Source: an uncultured Fibrobacterota bacterium
GTDB taxonomy: Bacteria > Fibrobacterota > Chitinivibrionia > Chitinivibrionales > FEN-1185
Length of the DNA: 64,000 nt
Assembly: GCA_963753345.1 (NCBI GenBank)
Contig: CAVWBU010000021.1
Location: forward strand, 1-64,000
Reading direction: 5' to 3'
Each line of letters opens with the position of its first letter. The stretch's first letter is position 1. Both the position numbers and the translations under genes were made by a program. Shown in pieces: positions 12,637 to 20,864 of the stretch. The notes under the pieces were generated by a model, which did no database searches, was not told where the DNA came from, and worked only from the letters and a program-made list of their open reading frames with translations.

Positions 12637-13275
12637 TCATTGGTTGCTGCTTGGCTTCAACCTGCTTATCGCCAACCTTCCTTGACCTTCTTCCTCCAGC
12701 CACCCAAACCAATCGGGTTTCTTGATCTGCTCAAGAAGAGCTTCGTCGAGAATCCAATACCTCGCAGTGGCATCCCACACACTTGCAAGTTTTTCAGGCC
12801 ACTTGGCCTTTATGCGGGACAAAAGCTCCGTGTCAAGTTTTGCCTTGTAAAATGATTTGACTTCATCGAGGTCCGCTCCCCGAAGATCGGCTCGCCAAAG
12901 GTTGGCTTCCCGAAGGTTGGTTTTCCAAAGGTTGGCTCCCCGAAGATTGGCTCCGCCAAGATTCGCTCCTCCGAGGTTGGTTCCGCAAAGGTTGACTCCC
13001 TCAAGGTTGACCATGCGAAGGTCGGCTGCGCGCAGGTCTGCTCCCCCAAGGTCGGCTTCCCCAAGGTTGGCTCCCTGAAGGAAAGCTCCCCGAAAATTGG
13101 CTCCGCCAAGATTAGCTCTTCTAAGGTTGGCTCCCGCAAGGTTAACTTCCTTAAGGTTGACTTCCCGAAGGTGAGCATTTTCGAGATCGGCCTGATAAGC
13201 TTTGTTCTCTTCTCTCCATTTATTCCATTTCTGGGCGCCGGCTTTAAGTATGGCAATGTGTTCTTGAGAAGCCAT
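12637..13275 (-). CDS. Pentapeptide repeat protein
   Basis: WNKWREEN lead-in followed by about 20 A(N/D)L(R/G)x repeats. Confidence 0.9.
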   Translation of the reverse strand: MASQEHIAILKAGAQKWNKWREENKAYQADLENAHLREVNLKEVNLAGANLRRANLGGANFRGAFLQGANLGEADLGGADLRAADLRMVNLEGVNLCGTNLGGANLGGANLRGANLWKTNLREANLWRADLRGADLDEVKSFYKAKLDTELLSRIKAKWPEKLASVWDATARYWILDEALLEQIKKPDWFGWLEEEGQGRLAISRLKPSSNQ

Positions 13276-13955
13276 TATTGAGCTCCTTTTAATTGCGTTT
13301 TTCTAGGAATAACAACAGTGTGAGATATCCACACTTCTGCCCGATAGATATTCCTTACCTCATAGGGGAAAGGGACCAACCGCTATCCTTAAGAGTTCAT
13401 CAAAAAGTATGCCATAGTTTATTGACGGCATTTCTCCTTTTATCGACAAAAGGTTATCATGTTTTTCTTTTTGCAGTAACTCCGAAAATGGAATACGGAA
13501 GTCCTTGACGTTCAACCCATATCTGACTGAGCGCCGGCACAAGGCGCTTGCAGGTTTTATGTATTCCTGCATCAGAATGCAAGCTTTTTGATGATCGTTT
13601 TCCAATATTAAGAAACGATAACGCTGACCTGATTGAAACACGGCAAAAGGCGCCACGAACATCTCACACGCGCCCATAGCATAACACCGGAAAAGGGGAA
13701 ACACCTTTCCCAAAATGGGAAAATCTTTTTGAAAAAAGGAAGTATGGGTACCTTCAAGGAACGTGATACTTTTTGAGACCACTATTTGGGGTCCCGCAAA
13801 GAAAGAGCAAGGCACAATAATTGCATTCCTATTTCTAAAATGATAATTACCGAGTTTAATTAATCTTTTCGAAAATGAAATGCTGTCGATGTGCAGAGAG
13901 AGATAAGGTAGGCACAGATACACTGATAGAATAAACATTATTTGGGGGGAGTGCT

Positions 13956-15209
13956 ATGAATCCGAAAAAATTGGTCCTCGTCCTTGTTCTTGCAGGCACC
14001 GTTGTCCATGGCCAGCAAATTCTTTACTCGCAGCAGGGCGCTCCATGGTATCAGGACATTTCTTCGGCCGCGCTCGATACGCAATCGTCTGCGGTTATAA
14101 CCTGGCTCCAGGGTATGGGCGGATGGGGCACCGGGAACATGCAGATTGATTTTTCCATCAACGTTCTCATGGCTGATCAGACAACACCCTTCCTGACTTT
14201 CACGCCCACCAGCGATTTCTACACTCCGGATTGCGATCTGGCGCAGATGCCGGTGCCTGCGGTCGGCGCGCTGGAAGGCGAAACCGGATACCAGTGTGTC
14301 GGTGACGGCGACTGCCATCTTATTGTATGGTATGCCCCGACAAGGACGCTTTACGAAATGTGGCGGGCGAACATTGTCAACCAGACATTCGACGGCGGGT
14401 GTCTTGCGATATGGGACATGAACCAGCCTTATAATCCCTCAGGCAGGGGTGAGCAGTGCACCAGCGCCGATGCGGCCGGGTTGCCTATCGCACCCTTGCT
14501 TTTTTCGGCCGACGAGGTAAGCGCAGGCCAGATAAATCACGCGATCCGTTTTATTCTCCCGAACGCCAGGATCCGCAATAATACCTACGTGCACCCCGCC
14601 ACGCACGCTACCGGCGCCGCCAGCGGCGGTGCCACCGCGCCGCCCTACGGCACCCGCCTGCGGTTGCGCGCGGATTTTCCCATGGACTCGCTTCCGAACA
14701 ATGGTGCGCGTACGGTTGCCTACGCCATGCAGCACTACGGCATGTTTCTCGCAGACGGCGGGAACATTGCGCTTACTGCACAGAATGACAGTTTCACCGT
14801 TGCCAAGTGGAGCGGCCTGCTTTCGTCACATGACCTTTTCAAGCTTAAAGTGACCGACTTCCAGATGGTGGACGGCGGCACGCGGTACAATTTCACCGGC
14901 GATTGCGTGCGCACAACGAAGGTGACCAACGATGCGCCTGCTGTGCGTCATTCCGACCCATCGGTTTTGTGCACCCTAAAGAGCGGAACGCTGTTTATTA
15001 CCGCAAGCGGCGAAGGTTTATCGACAAAGGCAGCAAGGATGGAGATTTTTGACGGGCGGGGAAAAATCGCAGACAGGCGGCAAGTCGCGATACCGGGCCG
15101 CGTACCCTTCAACGCGCGTAACGGGTGCTATTTCATCAGGATTCAGACAGACGGCCGGAGTTTTGATCAAAAAATATTCGTTCTGTCAAGGCAGTTTATG
15201 TCCGAATAA
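13956..15209 (+). CDS. Secreted protein of unknown function with T9SS-like C-terminal domain
   Basis: Signal peptide; core GDCHLIV...LYEMW...TSADAAGLPI...DEV..GQINHAIRF; CTD EIFDGRGK...GCYFIRI...QKIFVL. Confidence 0.7.
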   Translation: MNPKKLVLVLVLAGTVVHGQQILYSQQGAPWYQDISSAALDTQSSAVITWLQGMGGWGTGNMQIDFSINVLMADQTTPFLTFTPTSDFYTPDCDLAQMPVPAVGALEGETGYQCVGDGDCHLIVWYAPTRTLYEMWRANIVNQTFDGGCLAIWDMNQPYNPSGRGEQCTSADAAGLPIAPLLFSADEVSAGQINHAIRFILPNARIRNNTYVHPATHATGAASGGATAPPYGTRLRLRADFPMDSLPNNGARTVAYAMQHYGMFLADGGNIALTAQNDSFTVAKWSGLLSSHDLFKLKVTDFQMVDGGTRYNFTGDCVRTTKVTNDAPAVRHSDPSVLCTLKSGTLFITASGEGLSTKAARMEIFDGRGKIADRRQVAIPGRVPFNARNGCYFIRIQTDGRSFDQKIFVLSRQFMSE

Positions 15210-15389
15210 TTGGGTGGTAAAAGGTGTGGAGCAGTTTTGATCCTGATGCTAAGCGGTCTACCGCCGATCGAATGTGGAAAAGAATAAATACATCAAGACT
15301 GTTAGGTATCTTGTCGTTCTCGCCGCTGGATGAAATAGGCGAGAATGGCGACGACGGCGCTGATAATCGCGGAGAGACCGAAGATCTGT

Positions 15390-16205
15390 ATGGAATTTGA
15401 AATCACCGATTTTCAACGCGACGTTCTGGACAAAAGCCGTACAATTCCGGTGCTTGTGGATTTCTGGGCGGAATGGTGCAGCCCATGCCGCGTGCTCGGA
15501 CCAATTCTGGAAAAACTTGCCGCCAGCAATGCCGGAAAATGGGTATTGGCAAAAGTCAACACCGAAACACATCAGGACATTGCCACCCGATACAGCATAG
15601 CGAGCATTCCGGCCGTAAAACTCTTTATTGACGGTGCAGTTGCAAATGGATTTATCGGTTCGTTGGCCGAAACCGCCGTACTGCAGTGGCTCAAGGAAGC
15701 TCTTCCGGGAGAATTTGACAACCAAATCGATGAGGCCTTCGAACTGCTCAAACGTGGCCGGGCGCAGGATGCCGCGATCACGTTGGAACATGTCCTGGAG
15801 GCTGAGCCGGAAAACACAACAGCAAGGATCGCGCTGGCACGGGCGATCGTTTTTACGGATCCCGATCGCGCGGAATTCTTATGTGGGGGCGTAGCAGCGG
15901 GGTCGGAGTTGTACGAAACAGCGGAAATGGTGCTTCAATGCGCCGGGCTTTTAAAGAAAAGAAAGAATCCCGCGATGCTCCCAGAGGCTCCGGTCAAAAC
16001 GCTTTACCTTGATGCAATTGATTCTCTTGCAAAACAGGATTACGATTCCGCACTTGACAAAATGATCCTGGTTCTGTCTGAAGACCGGGCTTTCGATAAC
16101 GATGGCGCCCGGAAATCCTGCATTGCAATTTTCCACTGCCTTGGCGAGGACCACGAAATCACAAAGAAACACCGACGGGCGTTTGGAAGCGCGCTCAACG
16201 CATAA
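15390..16205 (+). CDS. Thioredoxin-TPR chaperedoxin (CnoX/YbbN family)
   Basis: PVLVDFWAEWCSPC followed by a TPR-like helical region ending FHCLGEDHEITKKHRR. Confidence 0.88.
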   Translation: MEFEITDFQRDVLDKSRTIPVLVDFWAEWCSPCRVLGPILEKLAASNAGKWVLAKVNTETHQDIATRYSIASIPAVKLFIDGAVANGFIGSLAETAVLQWLKEALPGEFDNQIDEAFELLKRGRAQDAAITLEHVLEAEPENTTARIALARAIVFTDPDRAEFLCGGVAAGSELYETAEMVLQCAGLLKKRKNPAMLPEAPVKTLYLDAIDSLAKQDYDSALDKMILVLSEDRAFDNDGARKSCIAIFHCLGEDHEITKKHRRAFGSALNA

Positions 16206-16264
16206 GAATCATAGTTTTGCCGATCATATCTACCATGATGGAAACGGCCTTCCGGAGGGGATAA

Positions 16265-16672
16265 ACCAACGATACTGTTCACCATCCCTCTCCGGTCTTT
16301 GCAGGCAAGGCTTCCCGCATTGACAAGTGGCTCCTGGAAAATCAGGGCAAGCATGCCTGCCAGTGCGGCTGTGGCCGTGTAATCCCAAATCGTCGTATAT
16401 ACCACAGTATAGGTATTCCCAACTTCATCTGGAAGCACCGTACCGCCAAACAAGCGCACTACGTTCACCAATACAATCAGCAGGGCCTCATCACCGTGGG
16501 AGAACTTTGCAGGCGTCTCCAGATCGGGCAGACGACGTACTATCGGTATAAGGGTAGGATTTATCGGGCTTCGAAGCGAAAAGGCAAAATACGGTTTTTT
16601 TCCGAAGACGATCTTCAGCGGATCCGTAGGATCCTGATCCGGGTTCCAAGACCGAAAGTGACTGGAACATAA
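16265..16672 (+). pseudogene. 5'-truncated gene with NQGKHxCxCGCG motif and C-terminal MerR/excisionase-like HTH (relic A)
   Basis: Open frame lacking an upstream start (missed by the ORF track): ...IDKWLLENQGKHACQCGCGRVIPNRRIYHSIGIPNFI...LITVGELCRRLQIGQTTYYRY...RKGKIRFFSEDDLQRIR; paralogous relics at 28056 and 33790. Confidence 0.75.
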
Positions 16673-16703
16673 TATCTTCGCCAAGGAAGGAGGACAACGT
16701 GAA

Positions 16704-16820
16704 ATCTTGAAGATACCTGTCCGTTCTGGTTTAAACCATCTTTAATTCAGGAAGGCGGCATAACGGATTGTATTTTTCCATAGGTCGTCTTAAAACATTG
16801 GAACATTAGGGCTGAGCATA
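16704..16820 (-). repeat. Relic 3' end of a Xer-like tyrosine recombinase plus palindrome (copy A)
   Basis: Minus strand reads YAQ..VLRRPMEKYNPLCRLPELKMV* (stop 16731-16733); ATCTTGAAGAT at 16704-16714; homologous to 28248-28331 and 30867-30958. Confidence 0.65.
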
Positions 16821-17017
16821 ATCTTGGAAGAACATTAACGCGCGTACGGACATTTTCTCTGTCAAATCGTCTTGAGGTCGAGCAACCGGTCATCACATTA
16901 ACCGACCACTGGTGATGTTGCTATCAGGAATAGAAACCTCTCGATGAGTTCAGGCATCCTCCAACTTGTTTCATCAAGTCGGCATCACGTGCCGATCGAA
17001 ACGGAAAGGAATCTTTC

Positions 17018-17353
17018 ATGGCTCACCAGTACTACGAAAGTGCGGATTTGGCCGATTTCCCCAACATCGGGGAATGTGCGCGCGACCAGGGAAAGGCCTT
17101 CTTCGACTACTATGGCTGCTCCACCACAGCGGGAAAGCTAACAGAGCGTGAAAAGTCTCTAATCGCTCTTGCCGTTGCCCATACCGAGCATTGCCCATAT
17201 TGTATTGACGCCTATACCACAAAGTGCCTTTCTCTCGGGCTCACGAGTGACGAAATGATGGAGGCGGTGCATGTGGGCGCATCAATGGTTGCCGGTGCAG
17301 TATTGGCCCATGCCACCCAAATGAGAAAAATCATCCGGAAGGATGAGATGTAG
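17018..17353 (+). CDS. AhpD/CMD-like protein associated with ArsS (arsenosugar-associated peroxidase-like)
   Basis: LTEREKSLIALAVAHTEHCPYCIDAY...MMEAVHV; directly upstream of arsS. Confidence 0.88.
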   Translation: MAHQYYESADLADFPNIGECARDQGKAFFDYYGCSTTAGKLTEREKSLIALAVAHTEHCPYCIDAYTTKCLSLGLTSDEMMEAVHVGASMVAGAVLAHATQMRKIIRKDEM

Positions 17354-17364
17354 CGCGGCCTGCG

Positions 17365-18354
17365 ATGGAACTACAAACTACCCCTTTTGAAAAGAAATTG
17401 CGGGCAGCATCGCTGGTCCCGCTTTTAAGCCAGGACATTGTCACCTTGCAGATAAATGTGGGGAGGCGTTGCAATCTCCAGTGCAAACATTGCCACGTTG
17501 ATGCTGGCCCGGCCCGGCCCGAGGTGATGGGGCGCGCGACGCTGGAAAAATGCCTGGCCGTTGCGGCTGCGCCATCCATAACCACTATCGATATTACCGG
17601 CGGCGCGCCGGAAATGAACCCACACGTTGGGTGGTTCATTGATGCCGCGGCCAAACTCGGGAAGCGGCTGATTGTGCGCTCCAACCTGATTATCCTTCTC
17701 GAAAAGGAATACGAATGTTTTGTGGATGTTTACGTACGCAACAGGGTGGAACTGGCCGCGTCGCTGCCGCACTGGAAGGCGGAGAAATGCGACCGCCAGC
17801 GCGGAACGGGCGTGTTCGACAAAGTTGTCAGCGTCATTCGGATGCTCAACGGCCGTGGGTACGGTCGTGAGGGCAGCGGGCTGGTTTTGGACCTGGTGCA
17901 CAATCCGATGGGATCGTTTCTGCCCGGACCGCAGTCCGCACTCGAACAGGAATACAAAGCCGAGCTGGCGACGGTTCACAGGATCACCTTTAATAAACTC
18001 TTTTGTCTTACCAATAGCCCGGTGGGCAGGTTCAAGGAGTATCTTTCCGCCAAGAGCGGCTATGAGGAATACATGGCGACGCTTGAGCGGGCATTCAATC
18101 TGTGCGCCGCGGAGAATGTGATGTGCCGCACCATGCTGTCTATCGGGTGGGACGGTGCAATTTACGATTGCGACTTCAACCAGATGCTCGGCCTCAAGGT
18201 GGACCATGCCGCGCCGAATCACATCGAGAAATTCGACCTGCGCGCCTTGCGGCAACGGCGGATCACGCTGGACGATCATTGCTATGCGTGCACTGCGGGG
18301 CAAGGGTCCTCGTGCCAAGGTGCCAGGGGAAACCCGGCATCGGTGAGCGCCTGA
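17365..18354 (+). CDS. arsS: Arsenosugar-biosynthesis radical SAM protein ArsS (Cys form)
   Basis: QINVGRRCNLQCKHCHVDAGP, DITGGAPEMNP, MCRTMLSIGWDGAIYDCDFNQML, HCYACTAGQGSSCQG. Confidence 0.9.
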   Translation: MELQTTPFEKKLRAASLVPLLSQDIVTLQINVGRRCNLQCKHCHVDAGPARPEVMGRATLEKCLAVAAAPSITTIDITGGAPEMNPHVGWFIDAAAKLGKRLIVRSNLIILLEKEYECFVDVYVRNRVELAASLPHWKAEKCDRQRGTGVFDKVVSVIRMLNGRGYGREGSGLVLDLVHNPMGSFLPGPQSALEQEYKAELATVHRITFNKLFCLTNSPVGRFKEYLSAKSGYEEYMATLERAFNLCAAENVMCRTMLSIGWDGAIYDCDFNQMLGLKVDHAAPNHIEKFDLRALRQRRITLDDHCYACTAGQGSSCQGARGNPASVSA

Positions 18355-18363
18355 CAGACCCTC

Positions 18364-20283
18364 ATGAATCCCACACTTTTTATCGCATTCTACGGGCTGG
18401 CATTTGTCGGCATGATCGGCGTGTGGCGTTTGTGGCCAAAACGCGGACCATTGTGGGCCGTCTTTCTCCTCGCCGTTGCTTTTCGCGCCGCGCTCCTGCC
18501 GCTTCCGGCCAATAGCGATGTGAACCGATATATATGGGAAGGGGAAGTCCAAAACGCCGGATATAATCCCTATGCGCTTGCGCCGGACTCGCCACGTCTG
18601 ACGGCACTTCGCGATGTTGCGTGGAAAGGCGTCAACCACAAGTCCGTGCCCGCCGGGTATGGTCCCGTTGCCGAAATCCTGTTCCGGTTGTGCACTGCAA
18701 GAACATCCTCGCCGCTCTTCTTCAAGACCATCTTTACCTTGTTCGATCTCGGCGTCATGCTTTTTCTGGCGCTGCTCATGCGCACTTGGTCAATGGAGCC
18801 AAGGCATCTTTTCCTCTATGCGCTTAATCCGCTCGTGTTGTACACAATAGCGGGAGAGGGGCATCTTGAAAGCGTCATGCTCTTCTGGATAGCAGGCTCT
18901 TTTTATTTCTTTCGCAAACAAAGGCATATCCTTACATTTCTTTTTTTCGGTTTGGCGTGCGCTACAAAGCTTACGCCGGTCTTATTGTTTCCGTTTTTGG
19001 TCAAGCGAAACAATGCGGCTTGGTCGATTCTAACGTTCGTGCCTCTTGGACTTTACGGATTGTATCTGGCCCCCGGCGTGTCGTTTCTTTCAGTACCGTT
19101 TCAATTTGCCACCATGTTTCATTTTAACGGGTTTGCCGCAACAATTCTCTCGTGGTTCATTCCCTTTTCACGGGTTCCTGTGGGTTGCCTCGCGCTGTTG
19201 ATTGTTGTGATGCTGTATCTGTTCTTCTTCACGTCGGATCGTTTACGCGCGTCATTTTACGCGGCCGGTGCATTTTTTCTGGTCTCGACAACCGCGCATC
19301 CTTGGTACCTGTTGCTTGCCACGATACTATTGCCGTTCTATCGGTCCCGGCCCTGGATTTTGCTGCATCTTACCGTTGGGTTTGTTGCCCTTGTCAACAT
19401 CAGATACTTGGAAACCGGCGTATGGAATGAATCACCACTATTGTGGGCTGCGGAATATATTCCCTTTGTCGCGCTGGCGCTGTGGGGCTTTGTCCGTGGC
19501 TCATCGTTTGCGCCGGCACAGTATCCGCCGCCCTCGTTTCTCTCAATAGTCATTCCGACGCTTAACGAACGAGAGAACATCGGCGATTGCATCGACGCCA
19601 TTATGCCGTGCGCGGAACTCGGCCACGAAGTGATCGTGGCGGACGGCGGATCGACCGACGGAACCCGTGACGTGCTCGGGGGCCGTCCGGCCGTGCGGGT
19701 CGTGACATCTGCGCAGGGGCGCGGCATTCAAATCCGGCAGGGTATTGCTGCGGCACAAGGAGACGTTATTCTCGTTTTGCATGCAGACTGCAGGCCGGAC
19801 AAAACCCTGATTTCCCTGCTCGCCGCCGTTCTTAGAAAAAGCCCGAATGTTTCCGGCGGCGCGTTTCGTGCGCGGTACCAAAGCGCGCGAAACCGGTATG
19901 CACTTACGTCGCTGCTTAACAGAAGCCGGACGATGCTCACCGGCATTTCTTTTGGCGACCAAGCGCAATTTTTTCGCACGGCGGCGATTGGAGGCCGTTT
20001 CCCAGCGTATAAAATAATGGAGGATTTAGAGCTTTCTTTTCTCATGAAAGAAAGCGGAGCGGTGGCATTCCTTCCGTGCAGCATAAGCAATTCGGTGCGA
20101 AAGTGGGAGCGGGACGGATATGTGCGAAATTGTTTTACTGTGTTGCGGCTCACCGCAAGGTATGTGCTTCAGCGAAGGTTTGGGCTTGTTTCAACGGATT
20201 GCGAGGACTACTATGCTCGCTATTATCAAGGAAAGCAAGGCCTGAAATGGAAAACGCAGGCGTCGTACGCCGCACGGTCATAG
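18364..20283 (+). CDS. Fusion of a polytopic GT-C (GT87-like) glycosyltransferase and a TIGR04283-type GT2
   Basis: N-half SDVNRYIWEG..Q.AGYNPY, YALNPL, EGHLES, HPWY; C-half SIVIPTLNE, VADGGSTDGT, LHAD, FGDQAQF, IMEDLE, S.RKWE. Confidence 0.82.
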   Translation: MNPTLFIAFYGLAFVGMIGVWRLWPKRGPLWAVFLLAVAFRAALLPLPANSDVNRYIWEGEVQNAGYNPYALAPDSPRLTALRDVAWKGVNHKSVPAGYGPVAEILFRLCTARTSSPLFFKTIFTLFDLGVMLFLALLMRTWSMEPRHLFLYALNPLVLYTIAGEGHLESVMLFWIAGSFYFFRKQRHILTFLFFGLACATKLTPVLLFPFLVKRNNAAWSILTFVPLGLYGLYLAPGVSFLSVPFQFATMFHFNGFAATILSWFIPFSRVPVGCLALLIVVMLYLFFFTSDRLRASFYAAGAFFLVSTTAHPWYLLLATILLPFYRSRPWILLHLTVGFVALVNIRYLETGVWNESPLLWAAEYIPFVALALWGFVRGSSFAPAQYPPPSFLSIVIPTLNERENIGDCIDAIMPCAELGHEVIVADGGSTDGTRDVLGGRPAVRVVTSAQGRGIQIRQGIAAAQGDVILVLHADCRPDKTLISLLAAVLRKSPNVSGGAFRARYQSARNRYALTSLLNRSRTMLTGISFGDQAQFFRTAAIGGRFPAYKIMEDLELSFLMKESGAVAFLPCSISNSVRKWERDGYVRNCFTVLRLTARYVLQRRFGLVSTDCEDYYARYYQGKQGLKWKTQASYAARS

Positions 20284-20864
20284 TATTTGCCAAGGAGCCC
20301 AGAAAGGGTTGCGTTAAAACGCGGATCGCCGCGACGCACGGCGACGATTGTGCGCTGGCAATTTACATTGCCATGCTGCAACGCACCGCACAGACACTCG
20401 TGCGGTTTCGCCATCATGTGGCATACACGGGCACGAAGGCCCCCAGCGATCTTGCCCGGTATTTTCCCAGGGCAACATCCTTTTTCCAGCAGCAGGGGAG
20501 AACGTTGGGGGAGCGCCAGAAGAGCGCGTTTCTGTACTGCGCAGAGCTTGGATACCAAAGGTTCTGTCTCATCGGATGTGATTGCCCCGGCCGCACCGGC
20601 GGGGACATCGCGGCTGCGTTCGCCGCACTTGACAATGGATACGACGCTGCAATCGGGCCGGCCGCCGACGGCGGCTACCATCTTATCGCCGGATCGGCCG
20701 CATGCACCGGACTTTTCGACGTGCAGGGCTGGAGCACGCCCCGTCTCCTTTCCGAAACGCTTGAAGCGGCAAAGCGGCTTGGGATTTGTTGTAGGTTGCT
20801 GGAACCAAGAAACGACATCGATACCTACGACGATTTCCTCGCATGGAAAGGCCGGGCGCGATGA
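20247..20864 (+). CDS. TIGR04282/DUF2064 (CofC-like) transferase of ArsS clusters
   Basis: IVFAKEP..G.VKTRI, QQGRTLGER, IGCDCP, IGPAADGGYHLI, WST, DIDTYDD. Confidence 0.88.
   Translation: MENAGVVRRTVIVFAKEPRKGCVKTRIAATHGDDCALAIYIAMLQRTAQTLVRFRHHVAYTGTKAPSDLARYFPRATSFFQQQGRTLGERQKSAFLYCAELGYQRFCLIGCDCPGRTGGDIAAAFAALDNGYDAAIGPAADGGYHLIAGSAACTGLFDVQGWSTPRLLSETLEAAKRLGICCRLLEPRNDIDTYDDFLAWKGRAR

Noticed and set aside
12870-13180. 15-bp periodic repeats (AGGTTGGCTCCCCGA-like) resembling a CRISPR or VNTR array
   Set aside because: They are the codons of the pentapeptide-repeat protein; there are no unique spacers.
13360-13938. 192-aa minus-strand ORF
   Set aside because: AT-rich, no RBS or motif recognised; the 3' half might encode a small protein but I cannot support it.
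16040-16684. 214-aa minus-strand ORF
   Set aside because: Antisense shadow of the plus-strand CxCGCG/HTH relic and the thioredoxin-TPR end.
16860-17010. Possible riboswitch before the ArsS operon (small hairpins such as TCGGCA-TCACG-TGCCGA)
   Set aside because: No SAM, cobalamin or other riboswitch consensus recognised.
18313-18315. Selenocysteine in the ArsS C-terminal GSS(U/C) motif
   Set aside because: The codon is TGC (Cys), not TGA.
17425-18639. Long antisense ORFs (also 2240-3229, 48607-49503, 59058-60185, 62757-63950)
   Set aside because: They overlap well-supported genes on the opposite strand in GC-rich DNA and show no family motifs.
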